From Novakomyces olei (Eukaryota), in assembly GCA_016906335.1 (NCBI GenBank), contig JADEYG010000001.1, positions 372,001 to 436,000 of the forward strand: a stretch of DNA of 64,000 nucleotides, given 5' to 3'. Position numbers and translations under genes: made by a program. Of the stretch, positions 52,289-64,000 are shown one piece after another (position 1 is the first letter of the stretch; each line of letters starts with the position of its first letter). The notes under the pieces were generated by a model. The model did not search any database. It was not told where the DNA came from and saw nothing but the letters and a program-made list of their open reading frames with translations.

Positions 52289-53821
52289 TTTAAGCTTGTA
52301 CAGAGACAGAAATAAAACTATCGTAACGATGGTGGATTAAATAAGCAGTTGAATATTTTATTTTGTCTTTTAGCGTAAGTTGATGATAGAATAGTTAGAG
52401 AGGCAATTGCTGAAGCTTTGAACGATATCTATCATGCTTTGCCGAGATAAAGCAGCAAGTGTAGGAAATGTATAATTTGTATTTTGTCGGTCGAGTATAT
52501 TGATGTCATAGGACCAGTCAAAAGGCATGGTTCGAATCGATAAAGTCACGGGGCCCGTAACAATATTAATTATCTCTTACAAGTAATTTGATTGCGTTGC
52601 TTATTATTTCCATGTACTGTGTGGTTACGAATTGTTCAAGTTTAAAGAGTTATTTAGAATGAAATGATAAACATATTTTCTCATGCTTTAGTCACTCAAA
52701 GACTGCCGACTTTAAACTAAAATAGGTCAGTCGGAACTAGCGTCAGTTGTTAGCAGCCGCCAGGAAAATCGGAGCAAACTTCCTTCACAATAGTCTGTTA
52801 TAATTTGAATTAAAGACACCAGATAAAACACCCAAAAAAAAAAAACTTTAAATGAGCCCAAGGACTCAAGGTCTATCTGTCTAATCAATAAATGCCTGTC
52901 AAATGAATATCAACTGGTGCTATTTATTTCAGCGTTCCAATTCACTGCCATAAAGTAAAGGAGAAGATGCGAAATTGATGTATATAACTAACCTATCATG
53001 TTTTTTAAAGCGTCGAATGTTTACGAAGCCACAAAAGATAGTACTCAAGCCATACGGTATTTATTGTCATGATTCTAACAATATCTTCAGAAACATGAAG
53101 CTACTAATTGCTATATTTGCACGCTCCAAATTTTTTTCAAGATTTTGAAATAAATAGCTCAGTGCGCTTAGGAAGTACTGAAAAGAGGAAAGAACAGATC
53201 ATAATATCCCAGCCAAATACCTAATTAAAACACATGCCTCGAGTCATTAATGTCTCCACCAGCGGCTAATATGAGTCCGTCCATAAATATAGAAATATCC
53301 CGTCACCCTTTTTTTTCCGTAATGATCAGCGCGCAGCCTCAAAGTTTAATGCACAAATGCCGAGTATATTATTAACTTTCCGTCTATGTTGGTTATTAAA
53401 TTCCTTTTTTTAATACACACATTTTGTCCTACTACCTACCTGTCAACAGTAATTACAGCAGTGTAACAATACTAATATTTTTGTAAATTTTCCGTCTCAA
53501 ACACATATCAAACTCATCGATCTTATTAGCTTCTGGTAAGCTGTGCTACTCCGGCAAACACTAGTTCAGGGATATAATTTTCTCATTTCTATATGCCAAA
53601 ATTTCCAAATTGTAGCTACTTCCATACAACTCGACGCTACAGAATATGAAATTGACAATGACGAAACACTCTCGCTAAACAATTTTAGTAGACATTCCTC
53701 CAATTTTGGTGCAACCATTTTCAGACAAATGGTTCCACAGCTTTATTGGATACACACCGGAAATTTTACATGTTTATCCCCAATATTCTTTGTTTCCACC
53801 AATTACGGTACATTATCACAG

Positions 53822-54420
53822 ATCAGATAACGATTGGCCCGGTTCAGGTGCGGATATAACTCATCTGATAATTTTGTAATTTATACAACGTCATAGGAAT
53901 ACATCTTTTTTTGGTGTCGTTTGCGTATTTGACATTTCTGATGAACTTGCACTATATAAAATTGGAACAGACCCCCTAAGTCTGTGCGTTTGACAGATTT
54001 CAATCTCGAGAATACTTTTCTGACTCGTCTTTAGATTCAATGCTAAAATAATAGCTTCAAAAAAGTCAGGAGCTCAGCGTTAAAAGAGGGGAGTCTAGAA
54101 TTGATCTATAACATCAACAACAACTGAAAGTTTTGCACAGGATAAGACCGAGTGCCTCCATATTTCTGAGGCCGCTGTTTTAGCCTAAAACCTTGAGAAA
54201 TTTTGCAAATAGAGACATTTCGTCGCTATTTGTTTGGCGTTACCGTCGTTATATCTGTTATCTAGAATTGTGCTTTAATACTGTGCTTATTAAATTTTGG
54301 ATTTATACAGAGATTTTTTTTTTATCAGATCCTCTTCTGCTTACCAGATCTGATTGTCACACCTTCCACATTTCCTTTATCAGATCCTTTGGAATCAGAT
54401 CATTTCTAGTATCAGATCAA
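53822..54420. promoter_or_regulatory. Cluster of iron-GATA (ATCWGATAA) sites upstream of the ornithine monooxygenase
   Basis: ATCAGATAA 53822, ATCTGATAA 53863, TTATCAGAT 54322 and 54377, plus partial ATCAGATC copies at about 54394-54420. Confidence 0.7.
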
Positions 54421-54544
54421 TCTTGGGGTTTTTAAGCAGACAAAAAGCCAAATTCTGAGAACGAGAAAGCTTCGGGCAAACTTTAGAACAGCACGAATTT
54501 TTTACCGCGAACCTTTCTCTTTCTCTTTTAGTAATTCGGAATAA

Positions 54545-56176
<1,632 letters not shown>

Positions 56177-56767
56177 GCTGGTCGGCTTTTCCAAAAATAA
56201 CATAAGAATGATAGAGTTTGTTGAACCCAGAAAATAAAATAGAAAAAAAAACAGGGATAATAAATAGCGTCTCTGAGCTATTTGGTCCGTGCCAAATTGG
56301 CTTTTACGTATATCGAATTAAACAAATAGAATTTTCTCCTTGTCTATCGTATTCTCCTTTTGAACTTTGTGCAATTAATGTGTATTAAACAGTACTTTTC
56401 TTTTGTATCTGTCGTGTGTAAGTTGAAAACACACATCAGATACGTAAAACTCAGTAGCACTTTGGCGAGCGCGTACCACATAAACAAAATTCAAATGAAT
56501 AAAAATAGGAGGTATATAAATGAAATAAAACAAATCAAAACAATACTAATCATGTCTGATATCGGCTCTAATGCGGTTGAATGCCAAAAAAATTGTTAAA
56601 AACAAAAATTAATGTTAAAAAACGAAGAAAAAACATTAAAAGAATTTGAAAAAAATAAAAAAGTAAAAGACGATAGAGGTATCGGAACAAAGAAGCAGGT
56701 ATACAAGTGTGCGAGCAACTAAACAAATTTGAATACCTTAACACCTAAACTGACCAATACTTTACAA

Positions 56768-58693
56768 TCACAAGCCCTCGTGCCACAAATCCGGCTTAAC
56801 CATACGCAAAGGCGCGAGTCCGTCTAGCACAGAGAAAATTGCGTCCTTGTTTTGAAAATCATTATGAACAATAACACAGAGAGACCATTCGGCCATCACC
56901 GAATCAATCAATTTTCTCGGCGCCGACTCGCTCGGGTAGCATCGAGCCCAGTCGCGGCCTAGAAGAAACGCTTCATCCTTCCACGCCAGAAACGAGACGA
57001 CTTCAATAATTGTTGGCTGTACAATCTCTTTGCCGGGGAAAATGCCCCAGGTAAGAGCATTCGGCCCGTCAACTTGAGAATTCGTTTTAAAATCTCCATT
57101 GGCATTTACGAGGTAATAAGTATTAAAGGCATCCTTTTGGATATTTTCCAGTAACGCATCAATCATGGCGGGATGGACGAGGAACTCTAGATAAGCCTTT
57201 TGGTAAACGTACCCGTTCCTCGGTCCCCATCCGAAGACTGGATCATTTGACCTGGCTCCGTTGACCGCAGGCTGAGAATTTATAGTAAGCAGGCCGAGTT
57301 CGTTGGCGCTTACGAGCTGCCGCTCTATCGACTTGGCCTCAGCGGTTATCGGCGATTCTGACCAGGGCAGAGCTGGCACTGATCCGTTAATAAACCGAAT
57401 AAAACATTGAGCTAAATCCTCCAAGTTTTGAGGAGTTCCCCAGAGCCGTTGCGCTTCCTCATTCGTCTGCTTTAGCCGGATCGAGTATCGATCCAGCTCG
57501 CCAAATGCCGGGGACGTGGCATCGCCCCATCGGCCATTGGGAAACTCATCCCAACCCTGAGTTCGTTCAATGTAGGATTTGTTCCGGTTTTTCCAGAAAA
57601 CGGGTCGAACATTTTCCTCTTTTCGCTTAAGCGTAAGCGAACGTCTCCAGGGCAAAGGCGGCTGTAATGCACGAGCTTCTTCCATAAGGCCTAGACCTTC
57701 CATCACCATATTCACGGACCTTTCCAGGTTCATAGTATAGAAATGAAGGTTAGTAATGCCGTTCGAAATCAGCTTTTCACACATTTCCACGAGCAACCGT
57801 GACCCTACTTGCCTTACTGCCGAATCATCGTCTTTGATTGGCTGTAACGCGTCCAGGAAATTTGCAGGAATAGCGGACCCGCTCCAACGCGCACGCCGAA
57901 TAAACGCGTCCCAGTTTTGTATAGGCATTATCCCCGGGATAATGGGAACCGTGATCCCCGCCGCGCGGCATTTACTCGTCCACTCCAGGAAATTGTCCAC
58001 ATCGTAAAACATTTGCGTAATAATAAAGGAGGCTCCACGATCAACTTTTTCCCGCAAATGACGAATGCCTTCATCGGCATCGGGAGTATCGGGGTGACCT
58101 TCGGGATAACCCGCTACGCCTATACAAAAATAATCTCCATACTTTTCCCGAATAAAGGCTACTAAATCGCTCGCGTAACGGAATCCTCCTTTAGTTGCCG
58201 TCCATTCAGTTTCATCACGCGGCGGATCGCCTCTAAGAGCCAAGATGTTCTGGCAGCCAGCATGATACGCTTCGTCCAGAGCCTTTTCCAGCTTTTCCAT
58301 TGGCATATCAGTGCACGTCAAATGCATGCACGTATCAAGGCCGTATATTTCTTGGGCTGCCGCTACCATTTCACATGTTAAAGTTGCCAATCTACCGCCA
58401 GCGCCCCACGTTATATCTATAAAACTGGGGGGCGCATTTCGGCCCATACGCTCGATTCGATCATACAGATTTTGAATACCCTTTGCATGGATCAGTGACT
58501 GAACAAAAAAAAAAGAAATAAAAAAGAAATAGAAAGTAGAAAATAAATAAACAAATGAAGCGAGACAACCTAAACCAAAGCAGGACAAAAGGGAAACGGG
58601 ATGAATAATTACAGTGCTTGTTTTGGGGGGGAAGTACTCGTATGACCATGTAACACGGCCGGCCCTTTGCTCGAGTTTTTGGGATATCTTCAT
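56768..58693 (-). CDS. MET13: Methylenetetrahydrofolate reductase, Met13 type, 2 exons
   Basis: MKISQKLEQ...SYEYFPPKT|GIQNLYDRIERM, ITWGAGG, CMHLTCT, NILALRGDPP, GVAGYPEGHP, ITQMFYD, WDEFPNGRWGD, SQPAVNG, WGPRNGYVYQKAYLEF. Intron 58481-58612 is in frame. Confidence 0.95.
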   Translation of the reverse strand: MKISQKLEQRAGRVTWSYEYFPPKTSTVIIHPVSLLSCFGLGCLASFVYLFSTFYFFFISFFFVQSLIHAKGIQNLYDRIERMGRNAPPSFIDITWGAGGRLATLTCEMVAAAQEIYGLDTCMHLTCTDMPMEKLEKALDEAYHAGCQNILALRGDPPRDETEWTATKGGFRYASDLVAFIREKYGDYFCIGVAGYPEGHPDTPDADEGIRHLREKVDRGASFIITQMFYDVDNFLEWTSKCRAAGITVPIIPGIMPIQNWDAFIRRARWSGSAIPANFLDALQPIKDDDSAVRQVGSRLLVEMCEKLISNGITNLHFYTMNLERSVNMVMEGLGLMEEARALQPPLPWRRSLTLKRKEENVRPVFWKNRNKSYIERTQGWDEFPNGRWGDATSPAFGELDRYSIRLKQTNEEAQRLWGTPQNLEDLAQCFIRFINGSVPALPWSESPITAEAKSIERQLVSANELGLLTINSQPAVNGARSNDPVFGWGPRNGYVYQKAYLEFLVHPAMIDALLENIQKDAFNTYYLVNANGDFKTNSQVDGPNALTWGIFPGKEIVQPTIIEVVSFLAWKDEAFLLGRDWARCYPSESAPRKLIDSVMAEWSLCVIVHNDFQNKDAIFSVLDGLAPLRMVKPDLWHEGL

Positions 58694-58971
58694 GATATCT
58701 TCATGGGGCTTACCAAGAGGTACAGACTGATTTAAATTTTTATAATTCTATAGGCAAAAGGGAGTATGTAAGGTGGGTTTCGTATATAAAATATTCTACA
58801 TATAATAAATGGTTTACTAGTGTCATATTTTCCACATATATAATTCACGCCTTACTCGATCTCAAGTAAGCTTTTTGTATGATACCATCTTTGTGAATAA
58901 TAATTTTACGATTAGGGTTAGACAAAGAATTAATTATTCCCAATACATTAAGCCAACAAACAGGTAACAAG

Positions 58972-58989
58972 AACCCTAACTAACCCTAA
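58972..58989. promoter_or_regulatory. Telobox-like dimer AACCCTAACTAACCCTAA upstream of MET13
   Basis: Identical to 26150-26167; an additional TTAGGGTTAG lies at 58912. Confidence 0.55.
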
Positions 58990-59419
58990 AGATGAATTGC
59001 ACAAAATGGCAATGAACTTCAACATCCCGATATCTGTGCTTAAAATTACATCTTAAATATTAATTCTGTTCATTTATTATCAATAAACTCGTCTAAAACT
59101 TGGTCTAGTCAAATCAAGCAAATCTAAACCGCATTAATCAAAAATCCATTCGACCATTTGTTCATAATGCAATAATAAATGAGTGCTGCGCACCGTCCCC
59201 AACAATTTCTATCCATGCAAGATCAAACCCCAAGACAGCGATTTATGCCGGACAGCGATCCATTCGCCAGAGGGTATCAAGATGCACGAGTCGATGTAAT
59301 TGTATTCATTTAGATGTAGTATTTCGTAAGTTCAACTGGATAAATAACACATTTAAATGTACATAGAACCATCCGAATACATGTTTATATACAAATATAA
59401 GTATGTATTGACGTGTAGA

Positions 59420-61210
59420 TCAAGCACGCTCGCTGTGCTCCGCCTGTGGGCCGTTCCGGGCCATCCGCTTCTTCTCTCCACCTCGTCCTTCAGCCGCATC
59501 CTTCATTTGTGCTTCACGTGTCTCACGATGCGCACGACGATCACTATCCAGTGTCTGTGCAAATTTAGAATTTGCACGGATTTCCGGTCCCTTCCAATAG
59601 AACAGATAGACTGGGAGAATAATAAAGATAGAAATGCACGCGAGAATCGTCGAGGGCCATTCTAAATGATACCGATCACCGATATTCTCAAACATTGGTG
59701 TGGAATACATGGCAGCAATTCCGGCCAAAAGATCTCGAGCAAAAGCATTTCCTCCAGTAGCAGAGGCCGAATATTCACCATAAGCAGCCACCATATAATC
59801 AATAGTGGCCATGTAAATAGCATAATTAGCAATAGCGATCAATGCGGAAAATATCATGGGAGCAATCCAATGAACTTGCGGAGGACCGAGAGAGGTCCAA
59901 GCGAACCCGAAAAGGCCTACTGTCTCCAGTGGAGCAGTGTAAAGAAGCCAGTACAATCGTGTTTCAGGCTGCAAGGCATCCGGATCTTTTCTTCTTATTT
60001 TCGTATCCCGTCTAATCCAAGGCAAGAACGACCACCAGGCTAAAAAGTATCCGACAAGAAGTGGCAAAAAAGCCAGACCAGTTTCATACGTGCTAAACCC
60101 CCATTGAGCATAAACTGGGGTGTAACCTTCGAGAAAAGTAAAGATGAGAGCGTCACTGAATCCACTCAGCAACGAAAGGCAGAGCACGATTGGTTCACGG
60201 ACAAACATCTCAAAAGGCCGAATCCAAATTACGAGAATTTGACGGATCGTAAGTCGGGGTTGCAGCTCTGTTTCTGCGTAAATGTTAGGGTTTTCTCCAG
60301 TCTTGCGTCGGCGTTTAGCCTCGCGCTGTAGCAGGACAGAAACCCGAGTTTCCGGAACAAAGAAATGCAGAGCTTGAGTAAAGCCGCCAAAGATCAACTG
60401 AATCCAAAAGACCCAGCGCCAATGCAAATACTGTTCAACGAATCCTCCCACGACAGGTCCGACGACTGAGCCGCCGACTGAGGAAAACACGATAAACGCA
60501 ACTGCGTACTGCTGCAAATCCGGTTCCCACAAATCAGCAACCATTCCAAGCGTAACACTGCCACCGGCACTAGAAAGACCACCGAGCCCACGGCCGACAA
60601 TCATGCTCCCAATATTGGGTGCAAGAGCACAGGGCAGTTGCCATATGTTTACGAAGAAAAGACTTGTCTGCAAGACTGGCCAACGGCCCAATTCTTCGCT
60701 CCAGGGAGCCCAGAGCTCAGAGCCAAAGGCGTAAGCTACCAAAAAGATCATTTGCCCACAGCGCGCTGCCTGAGCAGAAATATTAAACTCTTCCGTCATT
60801 CCAGAAATAGCGTTGCCATAGATAGAGGTGTTCAAGTTCATTGAGGTCTGTACGACAAAAATGACAGAGATAACAGCCCATTTCTTCCAAGACGACCAGG
60901 TAAACCCTAACAATTCATAACAGTCGTCCTCCGTCAGAATCTCTTTGCCACTCGCTAGTGCCTCTGCGTGGCTGGTCGCACTGCGATTCGAATAAATCCT
61001 GGAAAGAGCATCTGATGGCTGCCTGTCTATCGTCGCTGACCCAGCTGAAGCCGACCGTCTCAGCCGCTTTTCGTCTACGCTTTCTGCTGAAGTCGACTCG
61101 CCAGTGCCAAAGGGATGCCTCCAGCTCCTGCTATGCTCTTGCGCTGGAGCTGCAGCCGCAGGCGGACTTACCGGCCCGGAGGACTCTGATTCAGAGCTAT
61201 CTGCCGCCAT
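59420..61210 (-). CDS. MFS drug:H+ antiporter (DHA1 family), paralogue B
   Basis: 596-aa intronless ORF sharing long identical peptides with 48453-50159 (AYAFGSELWAPWSEELGRWP; EPIVLCLSLLSGFSDALIFTFLEG; GLFGFAWTSLGPPQVHWIAPMIF). Confidence 0.9.
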   Translation of the reverse strand: MAADSSESESSGPVSPPAAAAPAQEHSRSWRHPFGTGESTSAESVDEKRLRRSASAGSATIDRQPSDALSRIYSNRSATSHAEALASGKEILTEDDCYELLGFTWSSWKKWAVISVIFVVQTSMNLNTSIYGNAISGMTEEFNISAQAARCGQMIFLVAYAFGSELWAPWSEELGRWPVLQTSLFFVNIWQLPCALAPNIGSMIVGRGLGGLSSAGGSVTLGMVADLWEPDLQQYAVAFIVFSSVGGSVVGPVVGGFVEQYLHWRWVFWIQLIFGGFTQALHFFVPETRVSVLLQREAKRRRKTGENPNIYAETELQPRLTIRQILVIWIRPFEMFVREPIVLCLSLLSGFSDALIFTFLEGYTPVYAQWGFSTYETGLAFLPLLVGYFLAWWSFLPWIRRDTKIRRKDPDALQPETRLYWLLYTAPLETVGLFGFAWTSLGPPQVHWIAPMIFSALIAIANYAIYMATIDYMVAAYGEYSASATGGNAFARDLLAGIAAMYSTPMFENIGDRYHLEWPSTILACISIFIILPVYLFYWKGPEIRANSKFAQTLDSDRRAHRETREAQMKDAAEGRGGEKKRMARNGPQAEHSERA

Positions 61211-61260
61211 TCACAAATGCCGCAATGGAAGGAAGCAGAATGTGGTTTGGGCTTTTGTTT

Positions 61261-61262
<2 letters not shown>

Positions 61263-61309
<47 letters not shown>
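61263..61309. repeat. (AT)n microsatellite, about 23 copies
   Basis: Direct read; about 50 bp upstream of the MFS paralogue B ATG. Confidence 0.95.
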
Positions 61310-61313
<4 letters not shown>

Positions 61314-62674
61314 ATTTATATTACACAATTGTAATTATATAATTATATTTATATGTATCATGGAACATTATTTCACCTATTAAATTACATTTATATCCGT
61401 TTTGGGGATTACCGAGAAATTTTAATCCGATGCGTTTCCCCCATCGGTCGAACAGATTAGTATCAGAGTACTTAATACGTGTACCGATCATTAGACGAAA
61501 GATAGGGTACGGCTATCAAAATTGTCGATTGACGTAGTAAAAGAGGCCTACATCATAGATACATATTTCGTGCGTATGCTTGTCAGTGTAGCGTCCAAAG
61601 TAAATAAACACACTTGTGGGATCGTACAAAGCTTAAAGCTTCACGCTCACTGCTCATTTATATCTCATACACGATTCACCATCACCGGAGCACGAACCTG
61701 CCATTCTGATATAAAGACATATGAGACCTGACCTCCATACACTTGCTTTCCTCTCTACGGAATCGAAGAGAACATGGAACAAAGAACGGAACAAGAAGGA
61801 AAAGGTGTGACGTAATCACCTCGGCCCGTCGGAGAATCAATTAGAAAATGAAAAATATCCGCTACATTACTGAGCGTAGAAATCTTTTAAAATATGTACG
61901 TATACTAAGGATATATCCTGCTGATCCGATCTTTGGGTGGACAATAATATGAAAGGGCTTAATCCCAACATGGTGTTATGATAACCCAACATTTGGCTAT
62001 CGCCAGTTTATCGCCTTGTAGCCATTTAAACCACTAACTTAAAGGGATTCTTATAGAAAATGACCTTCAAAGGGACTGGAGGATGCATCTGCTCGACCAC
62101 CCGTGGTCTATAAATAGGGACCCATTCGTTCATAGTTCTACGTAGTTTAATATTAATCTTAGTGCTTGAAATCAAACAGCGTCAGGACGCCGTTATCCTA
62201 TAGCTCCGCCTATTATTATAACAGCGCGCTGCTATCTTGGGATAGTTAGGTTACTTAAATTATATATATTGGTTTGAGTCCTAACATAATAATAATCATA
62301 GTAATATTAATGATATTATTAATAATATTATTATTATTCATGTCACTTCAATTGCCTGCCAAGAATATCTAGCTATGACTATTTCAACTGCGGTTCAAGA
62401 AGTATTCCGAGAGTTCTTTTCAACGCAATAAGCTTATAGCTACAAATAATACTATATACTTTGACCTGGTCTTCAATAAATCTTCCTTACGCTTTGATGC
62501 GACTAAATCCCTGTCCCTTAATAGCTCTCCAAAGAGCTGGCATGGAACATTATGCGTGCCGTTCATTGCTTTAATACCTTTGCTTCTTTACCAAATTCTT
62601 TATCAATTCTCCATAAATTGGCGTGGTATATCCAGAATCCGCTTGCAGCAGCCTCGTGTGCAGCGAGATATAAA

Positions 62675-62743
62675 GTCACGTGCTACTGTATTCTTGTGAC
62701 AAGCACATGCCGCGCACGTGACTTTGACATGCTCTCACGTGAC
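62675..62743. promoter_or_regulatory. Three GTCACGTG E-boxes (Cbf1-type bHLH sites)
   Basis: CACGTG at 62677, 62715 and 62736, each with a GT 5' flank on one strand. Confidence 0.5.
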
Positions 62744-63093
62744 ATAAATCTAATTTACAAGTAGCGTTACAGCCAAACATGCGCTTTTCACAGGAGCGAG
62801 CCAATTTTGCTATTTGATAGCGAGTCTTTTAAATGCCGCAAAAAGAAGCGAAACATGGTAATATTGCCTCATGCATACCTCTCATCCGTGCCCCTAATGC
62901 TATATATATCTATTCATATTGTGCTCACAAGACAAATACAAAACCAACTGTAAATATTTAAAATCAGACGCTCAAATATATATATATATACTCATTGCAA
63001 AATCAAGTCAGGGTATAATCATGTACTCATAGCCGTGCTTTTGTCATGTATAATTTAGACAAAATTTCATGTATACCAGCCTTTCAACCTTCC

Positions 63094-64000
63094 TTAGCCT
63101 TCTCGAGCTGCTTCGTACAGGTCACAGCAGTAGCCGCAGCAAAGCCTGCATAAAATAGGCAGATCTGTTCGCCCACAGAATCCATCCCACCATTCGCTCA
63201 CCTCCACTACTGGCTGAACCATAATTCCCTGGCAGTAATCACATCGTAAATCATATGCATGTGCCATATAGCTCTTCGCAACGGAAGCCACCAAGTGTTC
63301 CGAAAGGCCTAGGCCTTCCACGTCTCTTGGATGAATCTTTTGCTGCCTTAGAGCACGGCGTGCAAATTCCCCCAAGCTTGGTACCCGAGCAGAAACTTCC
63401 GCACGGGATGATAATAGCCGCAGTTTATTGGTTTGAGAAGCTGGTGGAGTCGGTGGCAATGGCTCAGGGTTTTCCAGCAACGGATTAGGCCAAATGTAAA
63501 GATTGCGTAGATGCTTGAGCCTCAATAATGACCGCGGGAGTTGCCTTAAATAATTACCAGCCAAGTTTAGCTCCACCAAATTCTTTAGAGCACCAATTGC
63601 TGGTGGGATATCCGTCAGCTCATTTTGCCGCAAAGAAAGGACGGTCAAGTTTTCCAGGGCGAAAAGACCCGGAGGTAGACTGCTTATCCGATTGTCATAG
63701 AGCCAAAGTGAAAGCTTTGGAACCAAACTTTCACTTCGTTCTGGCGTGAAAGGGAGAACAACATTGTTCAATTGATCAATGTTTTCGGGAATAGACTTTA
63801 ATCCTCGCGAGTACAAGTCTATACAGGCAGCCCCGTTTTCAATAGCCTTGTCGATTGCCTGGACCGCCTCCTGTTCGGCATTTTGCGATCCATAGAAAAC
63901 TTCCACGTCACTGGTATTGTACCTCCGCCGAGGACCACTACGTCCGTATCGCCGTTGCCCCGGCAACACGGATTCTTCTGCCCCATCGACATCGCCCTCG
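63094..64000 (-). CDS. Leucine-rich-repeat protein with C-terminal Cys-rich tail (5'-partial, runs off the window)
   Basis: LRR consensus repeats (LSLWLYDNRISSLPPGLFAL, LTVLSLRQNELTDIPPAIGAL, LVELNLAGNYLRQLP), VPSLGE motif, CDYC...CCGYC; frame open to position 64000. Confidence 0.8.
   Translation of the reverse strand, partial: EGDVDGAEESVLPGQRRYGRSGPRRRYNTSDVEVFYGSQNAEQEAVQAIDKAIENGAACIDLYSRGLKSIPENIDQLNNVVLPFTPERSESLVPKLSLWLYDNRISSLPPGLFALENLTVLSLRQNELTDIPPAIGALKNLVELNLAGNYLRQLPRSLLRLKHLRNLYIWPNPLLENPEPLPPTPPASQTNKLRLLSSRAEVSARVPSLGEFARRALRQQKIHPRDVEGLGLSEHLVASVAKSYMAHAYDLRCDYCQGIMVQPVVEVSEWWDGFCGRTDLPILCRLCCGYCCDLYEAAREG

Noticed and set aside
52529-52538. GGTTCGAATC B-box/T-loop-like sequence suggesting a tRNA
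   Set aside because: Flanks (CATGG / CGATA) cannot form a T-stem and no cloverleaf is evident.
52300-53800. Possible hidden gene or NRPS remnant in the long DDI1-sidA intergenic region
   Set aside because: Only short ORFs without recognisable motifs; could not be supported by eye.

Overview
Gene-dense eukaryotic (ascomycete fungal) chromosomal segment with about 21 protein-coding genes, many split by short introns that the ORF track fragments. CTG reads as Leu at conserved positions, so the standard code applies. Hst2 and a UBL-less Ddi1 resemble fission-yeast proteins, suggesting an early-diverging ascomycete (inference, from recalled sequences). Housekeeping genes: RING-H2 membrane ligase, ORC3, ZDS1, Rgt1-like Zn2Cys6 factor, PMR1, HST2, SmgGDS/Bem4-like ARM protein, MCM3, ERG5, PMT1, RQC2, DDI1, MET13 and a partial LRR gene. 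Main points of interest: (1) a 13.8-29.5 kb metal-homeostasis neighbourhood with two copper-fist transcription factor paralogues (the second one's DNA-binding domain invisible in the ORF track), a siderophore transporter, a FRE7-type reductase and PMR1; (2) an ornithine N5-monooxygenase with no adjacent NRPS, a GC-AG intron and an array of ATCWGATAA iron-GATA sites; (3) an unusually high fraction of AAG (and one GAG) 3' splice sites; (4) a recurrent 18-bp telomere-like promoter dimer AACCCTAACTAACCCTAA. No tRNA, rRNA, transposon or CRISPR could be supported. All exon models were derived by hand and need RNA-seq confirmation.
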